Shown: positions 48,811 to 61,499 of the stretch, in pieces
Layout: each line of letters begins with the position of its first letter
Position numbering within the stretch: position 1 is the first letter of the stretch
Source of the DNA: Mytilus californianus
Lineage: Eukaryota
Direction of reading: 5' to 3'
Assembly (NCBI RefSeq): GCF_021869535.1
Contig: NW_026262581.1
Span: forward strand, 121,024,001-121,088,000
Length of the DNA: 64,000 nucleotides
The notes under the pieces: model-generated
Seen by the model: the letters and a program-made list of their open reading frames with translations, nothing else
Told to the model about the DNA's origin: nothing
Databases searched by the model: none
Position numbers and translations under genes: made by a program

Positions 48811-49509
48811 CAGTCAGGGGTACTACTTAAACAAGTGATTTCAGAATCACTTCCTCGAGTGATTTTGGCTGTGAAATATTAAAAATTTTCACACAGACTT
48901 TTTAAAATCACTGAAACAAGTAATTTTAGAAGTTAAAATGTAATCACTTTAATAAGTGTTTATAACATTTTCTTGATATTTTTCCCACAAGCTTGATTTT
49001 TTTATTGGTAAAAAGACAACAATTCCTTTGAAAAAACAACTATGTACATGCAGAAATTGTCTTTTGCTTGATAAGCCTGACACTTTTACAGTTTTTTTAA
49101 AATATGCAAAAACTGGAATAGTTTGTAGATCAGGTCATAACCTTGAAGTAGATCATTCTAACTCTAAAGAAAACCAATCAGGTTACCTAATATTGTTGAT
49201 CTTTGTCTGATAGTAAGAGTAGTTAATGAATTTTTGATTACAGAAAAATTCCCAAGGGTACTTTTAAAAGCTTTAGCGCACTAACTTCCTGCCCAAGCGC
49301 ACTGGTGAAATTAATATACAAAGAAAAAGGGATAATTGGTTTATGTAGGAAAATTATAGAAAAGATTGTGAAAATATGGAAAATCAATGAAATTAGCATT
49401 TGAAGATCAAAGAAAACACTAAAATCACTTAAATAGGTGATAACTGAATTTATCAAATCACTGAAATAAGTGATGATGAAATCACTTGTTTAAGTAGCAC
49501 CCCTGACTG
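48811..49509. mobile_element. TIR element (hAT-like ends; possible 5-bp TSD gtatc/atatc)
   Basis: About 40-bp TIR cagtcaggggt.ctacttaaacaagtgatttca..atcactt. Confidence 0.7.
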
Positions 49510-49571
49510 ATATCAGTAGAATACTGTTCAGGTCAGCCACTATTCGCCGGTTCATACAACTGTAATATATT

Positions 49572-49760
49572 TGTATGATGCTACTGGTAAGTAACTGGAT
49601 CCCAGTCTGCAGTGATACCTTTGTATGATGCTATTGGTAAGTTACTGTAACCCAATATGCAATACCGGTAGTTGTGTATGATGCTATTTGTAAGTGACAT
49701 CCCAGTCTGCGATAATACTTGTGTGTGATGCTATTGGTAAGTGACTGTATCCTAGTCTGA
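49572..49760 (+). repeat. Four degenerate 48-53-bp tandem units, each with a GTAAGT donor motif
   Basis: tgtatgatgcta(c/t)t(g/t)gtaagt...cccagtctgc; units at 49572, 49622, 49675 and 49723. Confidence 0.75.
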
Positions 49761-50554
49761 CAATGTTGACTAGGTGATTTAGTTGTCTGCACATTTTGTT
49801 GTTGCTTAATTTTGCATGCATTGATGAATTTGTCAATCATTAATGAAATAGTTGTATTTTTACATGTGCCAGAATAAATAACTATGTATTTAGACAATAA
49901 TAATCAAATAAACTATTTGGAACTAAATCTGTTTTGGAATGCTTTGTAGTGAGGTTTCAGATTCTCTTTAGCAATCATAACCAGAATTCTACCCAAATAT
50001 TTTCAAAGTTAGGTGCAAGAAAAATAGATTGAATTAAATATTGTTCATTTGAATACTACATTTGTAGATGCCCACATGGTAATACACCAAAAATATTTCT
50101 ACAAGTTCAATATTTGGCTGTGACTCTTGACCTAGTGATTTTATACAATTGCTTTTGTACTGTAGCATCATAATTTTTCTCTTCTGATATCAAAATTTTA
50201 CAGGAACCCGTGTGATATATATTTATGATGGATAAATAGCAAAAAGTGTATAGAAACCCAATTTTACATGATCATAATGTGGTGCCATAAGACTATAAGA
50301 ATAAGTTAAACTTGACATTTCAAAATGAGGAGTTTGAATATAATTGTCAAAAAGACCAACACTTTTAGTCCTACATTGGTATACTAAAGAAGATGTGGTA
50401 TGATTGCTAATGAGACAACTCTCAACCAGAGACCAAATGACTTAGTATTAGCAACTATAGGCCACCATACCGCCTTCAACAATGAGCAATACTCATACCA
50501 CACAGCAAGCTATAAAAAGCCCCGAAATCACAAAAAGTCTTAGAAAACATGGTT

Positions 50555-51420
50555 TTTATTGTCTTGCCTGCTTGAGTGTCATTAAGCGAGACATAGTTTC
50601 CGTCTGTCATACATCCATTGTTTTTTTACCTCATTTTCCTGGTTCAGCGACTGCTTGAAACATTTTTCATTCTTAATGCCCCCTCTTCTCCAGAGGGGGC
50701 ATTCAGTGTTACCCTTGCCATTCCGTACGTCTGTGCACAGTGCTTATCGATCAAAACACAGATCAAGTTCGAATTTGGGTGATGTCACTTTTACCGTTCT
50801 CGAGTTATGCCTCTTTAAAGTGTTATATGCAAGAGGGGCATCATCCATCGGACACATTCTCCATTTATTTTGCCATGGGAATTTCTCAATTATTATAAGT
50901 AATAGAATCACTATGTTTTGTATATGGGTTCTTTGCCACGTCATCTTGTCTTTCAGACAAAGTTCACCTGACCTTGACCTCATTATATGGATCAGGGATC
51001 AAGGTTAAAGCTAAGAGATTAGGTGTTTCTCAGATACAATAAGCAGGTCAACTATATGTGGTGTATGGAATGTGTGTAAAGGGTACATGTCAGTCTGGCA
51101 TGTTTCATCCAACCTTGACCCCATTTTCATTTAAAGTTGAAAGTAAATGGTCTGTTTTTTCAAATACTATAAGCAGTAGGTCAACTATATTTGGTGTATG
51201 GAATGATTGTAATGTGTATATGTCTGTAGTAGGTATCATCTTACCTTGACCTCATTTTCATGGTTCATTGGTCAAGGTTAAGTTTTTGTGTTTGGTCTGT
51301 TTTTCAATTACCATAAGCAATAAGTCAACTATATTTGGTGTACGGAATAATTGTAGGTGTACATGTCTGTTTGGCAGGATTTATCTTACCTTGACCTCAT
51401 TGCTGTTGATCTTTCAAAAT
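50555..51420 (+). mobile_element. Composite of HINE-like fragments
   Basis: atgccccct...gagggggcat stem-loop at 50677-50702 and repeated aggtcaactatat.tggtgta.ggaat...ccttgacc cores. Confidence 0.55.
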
Positions 51421-51670
51421 GTTAAATTTATGTGAAACATGTAGAATACCTTTATCTTTAGACTTTCAACATGGCAAAGTTTACAAGCTTTCAGCAAGTT
51501 ATCTATGGAACAACCCTTGCTTAACTTTTCCCATCCAATTCCCAAAAGCTTTTTCATATTAATTGAAACATTGAAAAATTACCCCAAAGTGTGTTACTTT
51601 TTTAATATTTTCATTTTCTGATGATGTCCATTTAAGGATGATAACTGAAGATAACATATTTCATAAATAT

Positions 51671-53065
51671 CAGGGGCGGATCCAGGATTTTGGAAAGGGG
51701 GGGGCGTAGTATGTAAAATTCGCCGAGCGGAGTGAGACGAAAATTTTTTTGGGCTAAAAAACATAAAATAAGTGTAAAATGCACATTTTTAGTGACGGTT
51801 CCTAACGTGGGGTATGTATATTTTATAGTTGAAGTGTAAGCTTGGGTTGGACATTTTTGATGCCGCATTCTCCCCATTAATTGTCTATTATAAAATGATT
51901 GAATGGATCTAAAGCTATGTACTAATATATTTGATGTGGGATTTGTCAGTAAAAAATGGACATGGAAAATTCTCGTTTGTTGTATGGTTAGTTAGCATAA
52001 CCTCACAGATTACTTGTTGTAAACATGATATACGGCTATTCAATGAAGTTTATAAAACGACCGACACGAACAAAGACAAACAAGCAATTTTTATCCAAAT
52101 GTTTGGTTGAAATGTTTCACTTAACAAGGGAAGTGATGTGTTCCAAATCAACCAAAGGCTACGAATGAGTGAAAATCAAATGACAACGAAGTTGTGAATG
52201 ACGGTCGACAAACGGAGACATAAAAGCCACACCCAGCAGGCAGGTTGCAGTTGGGCCTTGAAAAAAGTATTCAGTATATCAGTTCGGCGAAACAGACTTT
52301 CCGGTCAGATATGGGATTTACATGCAAACCCCCCCAAAAAAAATTACGCCCGTTTTTTATTCACCATGTTCATTTAATGCTGATTAATTCTGTTGGATTT
52401 TTTTTTCTTATAGCAAAAAAGGGGACAAGATAATTGTTTTCATTACAGATACAGCCAGAATTTTTGTTTTTTAAGGCAAAAATCAGGGTCAGAATTTTTT
52501 CTCTAAAATATCTCAGACTGCCCTATCAAATCAAATGGTCCGTACCTTAGACTTTAATATATCTAGAGCTTACTGACTGGGGATCATTATTCAGCAATGT
52601 TTTTAATTGGCTGGGGCGTTTGGGGTTAAATATATTTTCGTAGGTAAATAATATTGTCGTGGAACTTTTTTTTAATGAGAGTGTAATAGAGTATTACTTT
52701 CTGTTGGGTGGAAATATGAAATAGAAGTCAATACGTTCTGGCTTTGAAGGTGTCATGCTTGTCATCCTCGGCCTAAGCAATGTGTTACTGTAATTTGAAT
52801 TTCAAAATGACTGAGTGACGTTTCAAACGTACTGATCAACGCCACCGTAGCGAAACACATGACTGACATAATCAATAATATATTACAGTAAATACGAGCG
52901 AAAAATATCTTTATAAGTAAAGAATTGTCGCATAAAAATTAAATACACGACCGGGAAATGGCAAAGTTCACGAAGTCTAGTCTGATTCATCATTTTACAA
53001 ACAAAAAAAAAAAAAGTTCAAGCAAAGGGATACGCCCTTTACGCCCCCCTCTGGATCCGCCACTG
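51671..53065. mobile_element. hAT-like non-autonomous TIR element
   Basis: Ends caggggcggatccag / ctggatccgccactg; no clear TSD. Confidence 0.65.
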
Positions 53066-53284
53066 ATCATATACAGTCACATTATAATCCATACAGCACA
53101 AGATTTACTTGTGATAGATAATTGACAAGTTGGAGACATTGACACTAGCAAGATGTATCTCAATTTTATGCAGAATATAAGGTCCTCAGTTCCAAGTGTA
53201 ATGCATCAATAAGTTTGGAATTTTAACATTGTTCAAATTTAGACTTTTATAATTTAATTTATTCAAGAATAGGTATTTCTAATA

Positions 53285-53600
53285 GATGATTGATGGTGGA
53301 TTGCTGTTTAACGTCCAGAGGCAAAATAAATGCATATTCAGGATGAGAACATTATAATATGATGTAAATATAAAACCTTGCTTTGTACAAAACAGACAAG
53401 CTGAACTGGATTTTTAAAGTGCTAGGTCACAAGGTAACAGTCCACAGGACGACATGTCACCCTAATTGGACTCCTTCAGCACTCCTCAATGTGACATGCT
53501 TTGTGAAGAAACAGCAGATACTAATTTTAAAGTCTCGGTTCAACTTGGTTTGTGATTGAACAAACCTCCCCACTCGAGGCAAGGATTAAACCACTCTGGC
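53285..53600 (-). mobile_element. Degenerate SINE (family of 28700-28980)
   Basis: Shared core ccttgctttgtac...gctgaactggattttt..agtgctag...aacagtcc...gacatgtc. Confidence 0.55.
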
Positions 53601-54149
53601 AGTCGATAGATGATTGAAATTTGGTATACAGGTAAAATTAGCATTCAAGCGTTTCCATTTGTGCAGAATATAGGACCCACCTCTCTCTCTTTCTTTTCTT
53701 TTACTTTAGGAACTTAGAATTGGTCAAATGTAAGTTTTCTGATTAGATGTGTTTATAAGTATCCATTCTAGACAAATGACATTTGGTATGTTGAATTTAT
53801 GTTTTACTGTTTCTACCAAAATATTAGACTTAAGCCTTTTAGCATACTTCAGTCACTTTAGAAAATTTTGCATTGCTCAAATGTATAAAATTGTTGAGAA
53901 TAACATTTACCGGTAATCAATCTCTGAAACTCTTTATTGTCCTGTATAATATCCATTTAATAATTACCATGATTTTACAATCTATCATGGTAGATGCATC
54001 TTGCAAGATGAAATTTCTCATAATAGTTCTACCATGTTTTCTTCAACCTTAATGTGTTAGCCATGTTTCATTCTTAACTTTTATAAAATACCTTGGGTAA
54101 TTTATCAAATATATGTTTTTTTAACTAAAAGAAGAATGTGCTTATGGGA

Positions 54150-55675
54150 TACAGATGCCCCCGCTTGTAGATATGCAAAAGTCAATGTACTAATTCACAC
54201 CTATTAACGTTTTGTTTTCCTAATGGCATGTGTTTCTGTATGTTGTGATTAGAGATTGCTCTGGGTCGGAGTGCTTTCATTGTTCAATAAAAACAGTAAT
54301 GGGGTAACTCAAGAACAGTGAAAGTGATGCCACCCTTATTCTAACTTGATCTGTGTGATAAGCATTTTTAATAAGTTTCACAACATTTGGTTGAAGCAAA
54401 GTAAGAGTGCAGAAATGGAAAATTCTAAATCTTTTCCATTTATAAAGGGACATAACTGAAGACCAGTGAAAGTGACTCCACTCAAAAATTGAACTTGATT
54501 TGTGTTTGGTGGTAATAAGCATTTTTGAATAAGTTTCATAATATTTGGTTGAGGCATAGTAAAGTAAGAGTGCGAAGCAGAAAATTCACAATTTTTTCCA
54601 TTCATAAAGGGACATAACTGAAGAACAGTGAAAGTGACGCCACTCAAAAAATAAACTTGATCTATTTAAGGTGGTAATAAGCATTATGTATAAGTTTCAT
54701 AACATTAAGTTGAGGCAGAGTAAAGTTAGAGTGCAGAAACAGCAAATTCAGCAATTTTTCCATTTATAAAGGGACAAAACTCAAAAACGATGAAAAAGAA
54801 GCCACCAAAATTTGAACTTGATCTGTGTTTGGGGGTAATAAGCATTGTGTATAAGTTTCATAATATTTGGTCATGGCAAAATTAAGTTAGAGAATGTAAA
54901 ACAGTCTATGACATAAGGACAGACAGACAGACAAGGGTAATCATGGGCCTTCTTCGAATTTTCCAACTCGGGTTAGTAGACATGGTAGAGTGTGTTGAGT
55001 TTACTCGAGTTTCAATTGAACCCCCGAGTTTGAACTTTTGAACCTGCCAGAGTTAACTCGACATCAACCCTGGGTTGAGGCAGGTTTACTAGAGTTACAA
55101 AATGGTGACAAACAAGAACAGCAAAGAAGAGTTTAAATACAAAATAACTGAAATTTTACAGCCAAAGAAAGGGGCTTTATTAAAAGTGAAATCTATTTTT
55201 TTATTTTTTTGGCATTAAATAAACATTTTTCGTGTGTAACTTCTGTCGGTGATGTTTATCGATAGGACAGAAAAATATCTTTTTCAGGATTTTTAGTTGT
55301 TAAGAGTAAAATGTGAAAGTATTACGAAAATCTATTCCCTTTACTTAGGGGACGATGGGGCAAAGAGGATTTTCAAAATGAATATTATGGCCTGGTAAGA
55401 AATGGAAATGAATAAATGATAAAAGTTCTTTAATTTAGTTATGTTACATTTGAACATAAAGTTGTTTATAGTAGAGGTCCATAAAAAGATAATTAACAAC
55501 TGCTGCTATATTTACATCTTCTGTTTCGAGAGTCAAAACGAGTAGAGTTTTTACTTCGATTCAGGAAGATGCACACATGTGCATTAATACTGATTTTATA
55601 ACTCTAGTCAACCCGAGTAGGACAATTCAAAGTAGGCCCTGAATGTCCCCTCCGCCACAGCATGGGCATTAAAAT
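54150..55675 (-). mobile_element. HINE-like element (38078 family, about 165-bp cores) interrupted by a MITE at 54945-55639
   Basis: Reverse-complement cores ggttgaggcaaa...gttagag; the host end acaagggtaa...aatg.cccctccgc is split by the insert. Confidence 0.72.
54945..55639. mobile_element. Harbinger-like MITE (GGGCC ends)
   Basis: TIR gggcct.ctt.gaatt.tcc.actcgggtt; TSD imperfect. Confidence 0.62.
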
Positions 55676-55852
55676 TATAAATAACCAAATAGACACAAAC
55701 AAACTGGTAAAATAATCTTAATATCTTGATCATCAATTTCCTAGTTATAACATTACAAGAATAAAACATATAAATATATCTATTTATTAAATAATTTTTC
55801 AAAATATGTTTCCACTCAGTTCTATTGCAATTCATTTTACATTTGTTGTGTT

Positions 55853-56181
55853 TTACCAAGCCCCAGATTTCAGGGCAGACTGCAGAGTCATCTTTTGTTC
55901 ATTTTTCATTGCATGAGCTGGGTTTCCATACATACTGAGCAAATCAGTGTCTGAATTGTTAATATCATCACTGTTATTATTTGACTGATTTTGCTTTTTT
56001 AATCTATGTTCGGAATGTTTATCAACATCACTACAATCGGTTTGTTTACTGTCAAGAGGTACTGTTTTACAAGTTATTTCTAGTCTGACCAGATGCAGTC
56101 TGTATCCAGATTCCTTTCTGATATCTTTTGACTCAGTATCAATCAATTTATCATCAGTATTTCTTTTTCTCTTCTTTGAAT
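55853..56181 (-). CDS. LRRC42: LRRC42 last coding exon (YSKKRKRN...SGAW*)
   Basis: tttttag acceptor at 56182-56183; T|AT gives QQFYSKKRKR, compare human QRFYGKRSR; 329 nt. Confidence 0.75.
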
Positions 56182-56942
56182 CTAAAAAGTGACAAATATG
56201 AAATTGTAACAAAATAAATGGAACTTGAGGCTCTAAAGATGGACAATCTCCAATCCTCATATGTCTATCAAAACTTCAGTATGACTTTTTAAAATTAGAT
56301 GGGCTCTTAACAAGAATTATTTTTGGTTATAATGAAAGTATCCTTTTTTCCAGCTGACTGGAATGAAAAGAGGATTTTTTAAATATGGAAGGACGAACCT
56401 ACAGATACCAAGTGTTGGAAATAGCTTCCTTTTTCCTGAATGTCTGTAATTGAATATTGATAAATAAAATTTCATGTAAATGATACTACTATCAAGCATG
56501 TCTCTTCTTTGACAATATGTTTTTATTCAGGCTGATGTAACTTGCATCTTCATGTGCCTCAAAGTCAGGAACCTCGTCAGTAATTATCTTTAGGTTCATC
56601 TTATGGATTTTTTGTCCTTTCATGAATAAGTTGATAGTCGAATCCATTGAGAAAAAAAGTTTTATCATGTCTTGATGATTGTGAAAACCCAAATTAAAAC
56701 TGAATATGTTCAAATGTTGAGTATATGTTGATGACACAGCAAACACAAAAAATCCTAAAATGACATTTAGAGATAACATTCAAGTTTCAACAACAGACAA
56801 GTGTATATACCATATGTCTAGAACTTATATCAGGGTCTAGACAAGTGAATAAAGTTAAGACTATCAAATCATGTTTCACAACCTAACTCATGTGTCTTTC
56901 ATACATAAAAATCATGTTTTTGCTAGGTCAAAAACAAATAAA

Positions 56943-57507
56943 AGAAAAGAGTTCCAATGTCCCCAGCGTTGCACATATTTTATATTTCCAAGGAGCATAA
57001 CTCTCTTAAAAAAAGTTGATCGTCCACCATTGTAGAACTTGTCCGAGATATTGCTGATATTAACCTATAGTATAAGTTTTATAAAAATCTGGCCAAAGTT
57101 GTACCCGTGAGAGCGCTAACAAGGCCATTTTCCATAAATTTAATATTCCCAGGGGATAACTCTTTTAAAAAAAGTTGATCGTCCACCATTATAGAACTTG
57201 TCCGAGGTATTGCTGATATTAACCTATAGTATAAGTTTTATAAAAACCTGGCAAGAATTGTACCCGAGAGTGGCTACTGAGGCCATTTTCCATAAATTTA
57301 ACATCTCCAAGGGGCATAACTCTTTTAAAAAAGTTGAACGGCCACCATTATATATCTTGTCCGAGATATTGCTGATATTAACTTATAGTATAAGTTTTAT
57401 AAAAATCATCAAGATTGTACCCATGAGAGCGCTAACAAGACTGGACGGACGCCCAGTATTTCCATGTCCCCCGCAAAGTGTTACGCAGGGGACAAAAATT
57501 ATAAATG
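56943..57507 (-). mobile_element. HINE-like element with three 160-bp cores
   Basis: (c/g)ataactc at 56996, 57156 and 57316; gacggacg tract; tgtcccc...ggggaca stem-loop. Confidence 0.78.
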
Positions 57508-57704
57508 TTGTGTGTTTTGCCAAGAAATAATGTCAATTTAAACTAAATGTTAACTGTTTATTTTGAGATGGCAGTCATTTTTGTTTGTTTTCCAGAGGAC
57601 TGGCCAGTTATACAAGTTTATGCAAATTTAACAAAAAAGATAATTCTAATTAATTTATTATTAAAAAATATTTCTGTAGAGCAAAAGAAAGACAAATAAC
57701 TTAC

Positions 57705-57882
57705 AGAATTGCTGTGTCCTTGTTAGTTCCTTCTTTACTTTTACACAAGTTGCCTTTAAAACTGCTGTTTTCATCCATTTTTGAACAATATCTGAAGCCC
57801 AACCTTTATTGGTTATAGTCTTCAAGGTACCATCATCCTTTACTGGCTTAAATTTCCAGGTTTTTAGAAGCTCTGGATTCCC
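57705..57882 (-). CDS. LRRC42: LRRC42 coding exon 4 (...ITNKGWASDIVQKW...TQQF)
   Basis: tttcag acceptor, T|gtaagt donor; 178 nt; human equivalent is CKTEGWADQIVLQW. Confidence 0.88.
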
Positions 57883-58288
57883 CTGAAACACATTATAATG
57901 ACAAATTATGTGTCAGTATGGAAAAAGACTACAAAGAAGCATGCAGAAGTAATAAAGGTCCGCATGATTCCATAACCAACAAGAGAGACTACAAAGCTTC
58001 CTTTGAAATCAGTTTTTATTCATACTGGCATTGACAAATGAAAAGTTGTCACCTGCCTTCTTTATTACTTAAATTTTTCAACATTAAATAAGTTAAAAGC
58101 ATGCTAAAGGAAATATGCACAGAACCTTTATATCCTGAAAACTTCACCTGACCACATGGGAGAGGACAAGAATTCAATATCATACAACATGCCAGAAGGT
58201 AATATCTTATGTTTTTTATGTTTATTATGTCAAACTGTCTTCAATGGATTGTTGTTTCATTCAAAACTTATAATACCAAAACTCAAAG

Positions 58289-58540
58289 AGGGGCCTTGGT
58301 GGCTAAGTGGTCTAAGTAGTTCATCTGCTGTATCACTAGCCAGCTGTTAACACTGAGGTTGTGAGTATCGACACCTGTCCTGTGTTGGACTCCAATCTTT
58401 ATTGACTAGAATTGCCAGTTTTCCTGAAGATAGATGGTTCTCTTCGAGGACTCTGGCTTCCTTCACCAATAAAAACTGACCCCCACAATATAGCCAATGG
58501 TACTGAAAGTGGCATCAAACACCAACGATCAACCAAAACT
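58289..58540 (+). mobile_element. tRNA-derived SINE (family of 6640-6893)
   Basis: tggctaagtggtctaag A box; ggttctcttcgaggactctggcttcc core. Confidence 0.72.
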
Positions 58541-58568
58541 CCTAACTTCTACAAAAATTAGAACTTAC

Positions 58569-58657
58569 TTTCACCTGTGTTGCAGTGACATCAATTACTG
58601 TCAATTTGGAAAATGGATTAAGGTACTTGTAACATTTTCCTGTAACCTCCCAGTTAT
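58569..58657 (-). CDS. LRRC42: LRRC42 coding exon 3 (DNWEVTGKCYKYLNPFSKLTVIDVTATQVK)
   Basis: Hand translation; ttttacag acceptor, AAA|gtaagt donor; 89 nt, phase 1 to 0; LRR-like. Confidence 0.85.
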
Positions 58658-59219
58658 CTGTAAAAAATATTATTTATCCATAAACAAGGTACAGGTAGAT
58701 GAATTGACCTACTCTTTTATATGCTACATCATTATGTCAATAGCACAAAACAAACATTTCAATAAATATTATAATTCCAGAGGACTTTGAATATAAGATT
58801 TATTGCATTAAAGTGGTTATGGTTAAAAAAATTATATGGTCCAGGAAAATCATCTAATGTCTGATTCTTACATATTTTGTATAAGTCAGATATATTTTTG
58901 AAACATCCCTAGGATGATTGATGTTAACTCTGATCAACATTCCAATAAGCCCAGTTACCAGGTAGACAATATGATTGATAGATTGAATTGCTTATCACAG
59001 TTTTCATTATTTCTGTTTACCTTTTTTCCGTAACTGTATGACCTGTGTAAAATGTGAAGAGGAAATGTGCCATAATTATTAAGATAAATTGAAGAAGTGT
59101 ATGAAATAGTGTATTTCCTTTTTTGCACTTTTCAATAACTTAAAAGTTACATACTAGTAGATAATTTTAAACATTTTTTATGTTTCAAATCAAATATCAT
59201 TTTCCGACTCCATATTTAC

Positions 59220-59338
59220 CAGATACATCCAGCTTAGTCAATCTTGCTGGTCCCTGACCACACACTCTGTAAGGACAAGTTAATCTCTGGATCCCTTTAT
59301 CTGATAAACTGTTGTCTCTCAAACACAGGACCTCTAAC
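59220..59338 (-). CDS. LRRC42: LRRC42 coding exon 2 (LEVLCLRDNSLSDKGIQRLTCPYRV...LTKLDVS)
   Basis: Hand translation; ttttaag acceptor, G|gtaaat donor; 119 nt; human equivalent is LHLKDNCLSDAGVRKMTAPVRV. Confidence 0.9.
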
Positions 59339-59518
59339 CTTAAAATCAAGTGCAAGTTAGAAATAAATGTTATACATTCAACACATCTACTAATTATTTT
59401 TATAATAATTTGAGCACTTCAATAAATCATTATTTGAATTAAAACATATTGGGAGAAGGTTCAATACACTTGAAATAATTATCTCTTTCAGAGCTTTGAC
59501 CATCAAAATTACATGGTA

Positions 59519-60647
59519 CAGTGTCTTCCCTAGAAAATTTTTCATGCATGGTGGGTCCATGGTGAATTTGCAACGCGGCACGCGACGCTTCTTTTTCCAG
59601 AATTAGTTACACTACATAATTTATATGTTTAAAGCCATATACCAATCTAATTGTTTTATTATAGGTACAGCAATTCATATAAGTCATGGAACTTTAAAGT
59701 ATTTATTACAGATGAGAGGAATTAATGAAAGACTTTATAAACAATAATAAAAATAATCCAGTCTGCAATAGTTATTTAAAAGTTAATGCCATGTACATTA
59801 TTTTGTTGATATCTTCCTCTGTTTCAACTTTCCAAAGGTCACCACACATTTTTCAAAATCAAAATCTTCCTCCTTTGGTCCTTCAATTGATATATGCATT
59901 AAGCAATTCAGCACTTTTTGGCATAGTCTTTTCTCAAAGGTGTTTTAACTCTGTTCAAGCATGAAAAACACCTTTCACAATCAGCTGTTGAAACTGGCAA
60001 AAGAAGACCAATTGGTGGCGGTGATGTGTATTCTTTGATATAATCAATCAACCGCGACTAATCTAAAAATAACTGATTGTTGTGACCAATCAAAAAATAA
60101 TTCATCGATGTAAATATAGCTGATGAAAAAACTGCGAAACTTTATTAAAACAAAAGTTTTGCCCATTCTCGGTGAAATTACGTTAGTTTTATTTTATTAT
60201 ACCAGAGACTATACCAAATTTTAAATTTCTACTTTTTAATGATCACAGTAAAATAACGATGTCAAACACCCGTTTTAAGGGTGAAATTTATACTGCAAAA
60301 GGTTAAACTTTTTATTAAGCACAGAAAGTTATGCATTGGGAGATTAATCTGACTATTTATTTATCAACTTACTGGCAACTTCTTTTATGTAACCGAAGTC
60401 TCGATGTATAACCAACTAATCAAAAAGGTTGTAAAATCCTGGCACGCACGACGTGATGCATCCAATTATCAGTCGTATGAGTTTAAAACACCTGTGGAGT
60501 GTTGTCACTTGTCACTTCACTTTCAAAATATCGATAATAAATATTTTACACAGTTATAATTTTCACACATAGCGGGATGCATTGCGGCAATGATGAAATT
60601 TATGCGTAGCGGTACCCTAATGCTTGAATAGCCTAGGGAAAACACTG
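59519..60647 (-). mobile_element. Internally deleted hAT transposon with 5-bp TSD, retaining the transposase C-terminal dimerisation region
   Basis: TIR cagtgt(c/t)ttccctag; TGGTA at 59514-59518 and 60648-60652; minus strand about 59795-60010 reads LLPVSTADCERCFSCLNRVKTPLR/RLCQKVLNCLMHISIEGP..FDFE with one frameshift. Confidence 0.82.
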
Positions 60648-60987
60648 TGGTAAATACAACAATATATTTATAGTTATACTTATTAACACCAAAAATTCTT
60701 AAATTTTACTATTTTCCACATGAATGTTATCAACATGATCAAAGACTAGAGCATAACTCAGATATAAGCACTTGTTAGTGAAATATGTCAATCAGGCTTA
60801 ACATGTGATAAATTGCCCATGGTAATATTTTCAAAATTTCAAATGATTTATTCATGCTAACTTCAGTTTTTTAGCAGAAACCAAAACAGGGTAGATAGAT
60901 GAACAATAGCAATGTTTAATGCTGCATTGCCCTGCTGCATTTTGGGAGGGTTGGTCATGAAAATAATTTGAATGAGGTAACTCATCA

Positions 60988-61250
60988 TAGATACCAGGCT
61001 TAAAATTCTGTAGCCAGATGCGTGTTTCGTCTACAAAAAACTCATTGTGACCCTCGAATAAAAAAAAAGATCAAAAAGGCCAAATAAGGTATGAAGCTGA
61101 AGTGCAACGAGGACTCAAAATTCCAAAAGGTTTTGCCAAATACAGCTCGGGTAATCTATTCCTGGGGTAGAAAATCCTTCGTAATTCGAGAAACTAAAGT
61201 TTTGTTAACAGTTAGTTGAGAATTATGACCATATCAATGATAATTTATGA
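60988..61250 (+). repeat. Dispersed repeat (family of 2153-2232)
   Basis: ataccaggcttaaaatt...gtttcgtctacaaa...aaggccaaataa...ccaaatacagct. Confidence 0.65.
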
Positions 61251-61499
61251 AATTCAAATATAAATGTAAGGATTTGAATGCTATGATACATGAACAATTG
61301 TTGTATATAATTAGAAAACTTTTATACCAATTATCTTCAACTTATTATGTTTTCATTTCTTAGAAAAGAAAATGATGTTTTAACTCTTCATGCATCTCAA
61401 TTTCCCAATTTCAAGTGGACAGTTTAATGACATACTTGTACGGTAGTACTAAGTATATATTACATGCAGATTATAGACAGATACTCTTACCCAATATCA

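Noticed and set aside
55853-56260. ORF start at 56260 as the beginning of a separate gene
   Set aside because: The first 26 codons are intronic; the acceptor at 56182-56183 joins the rest to LRRC42 in phase.
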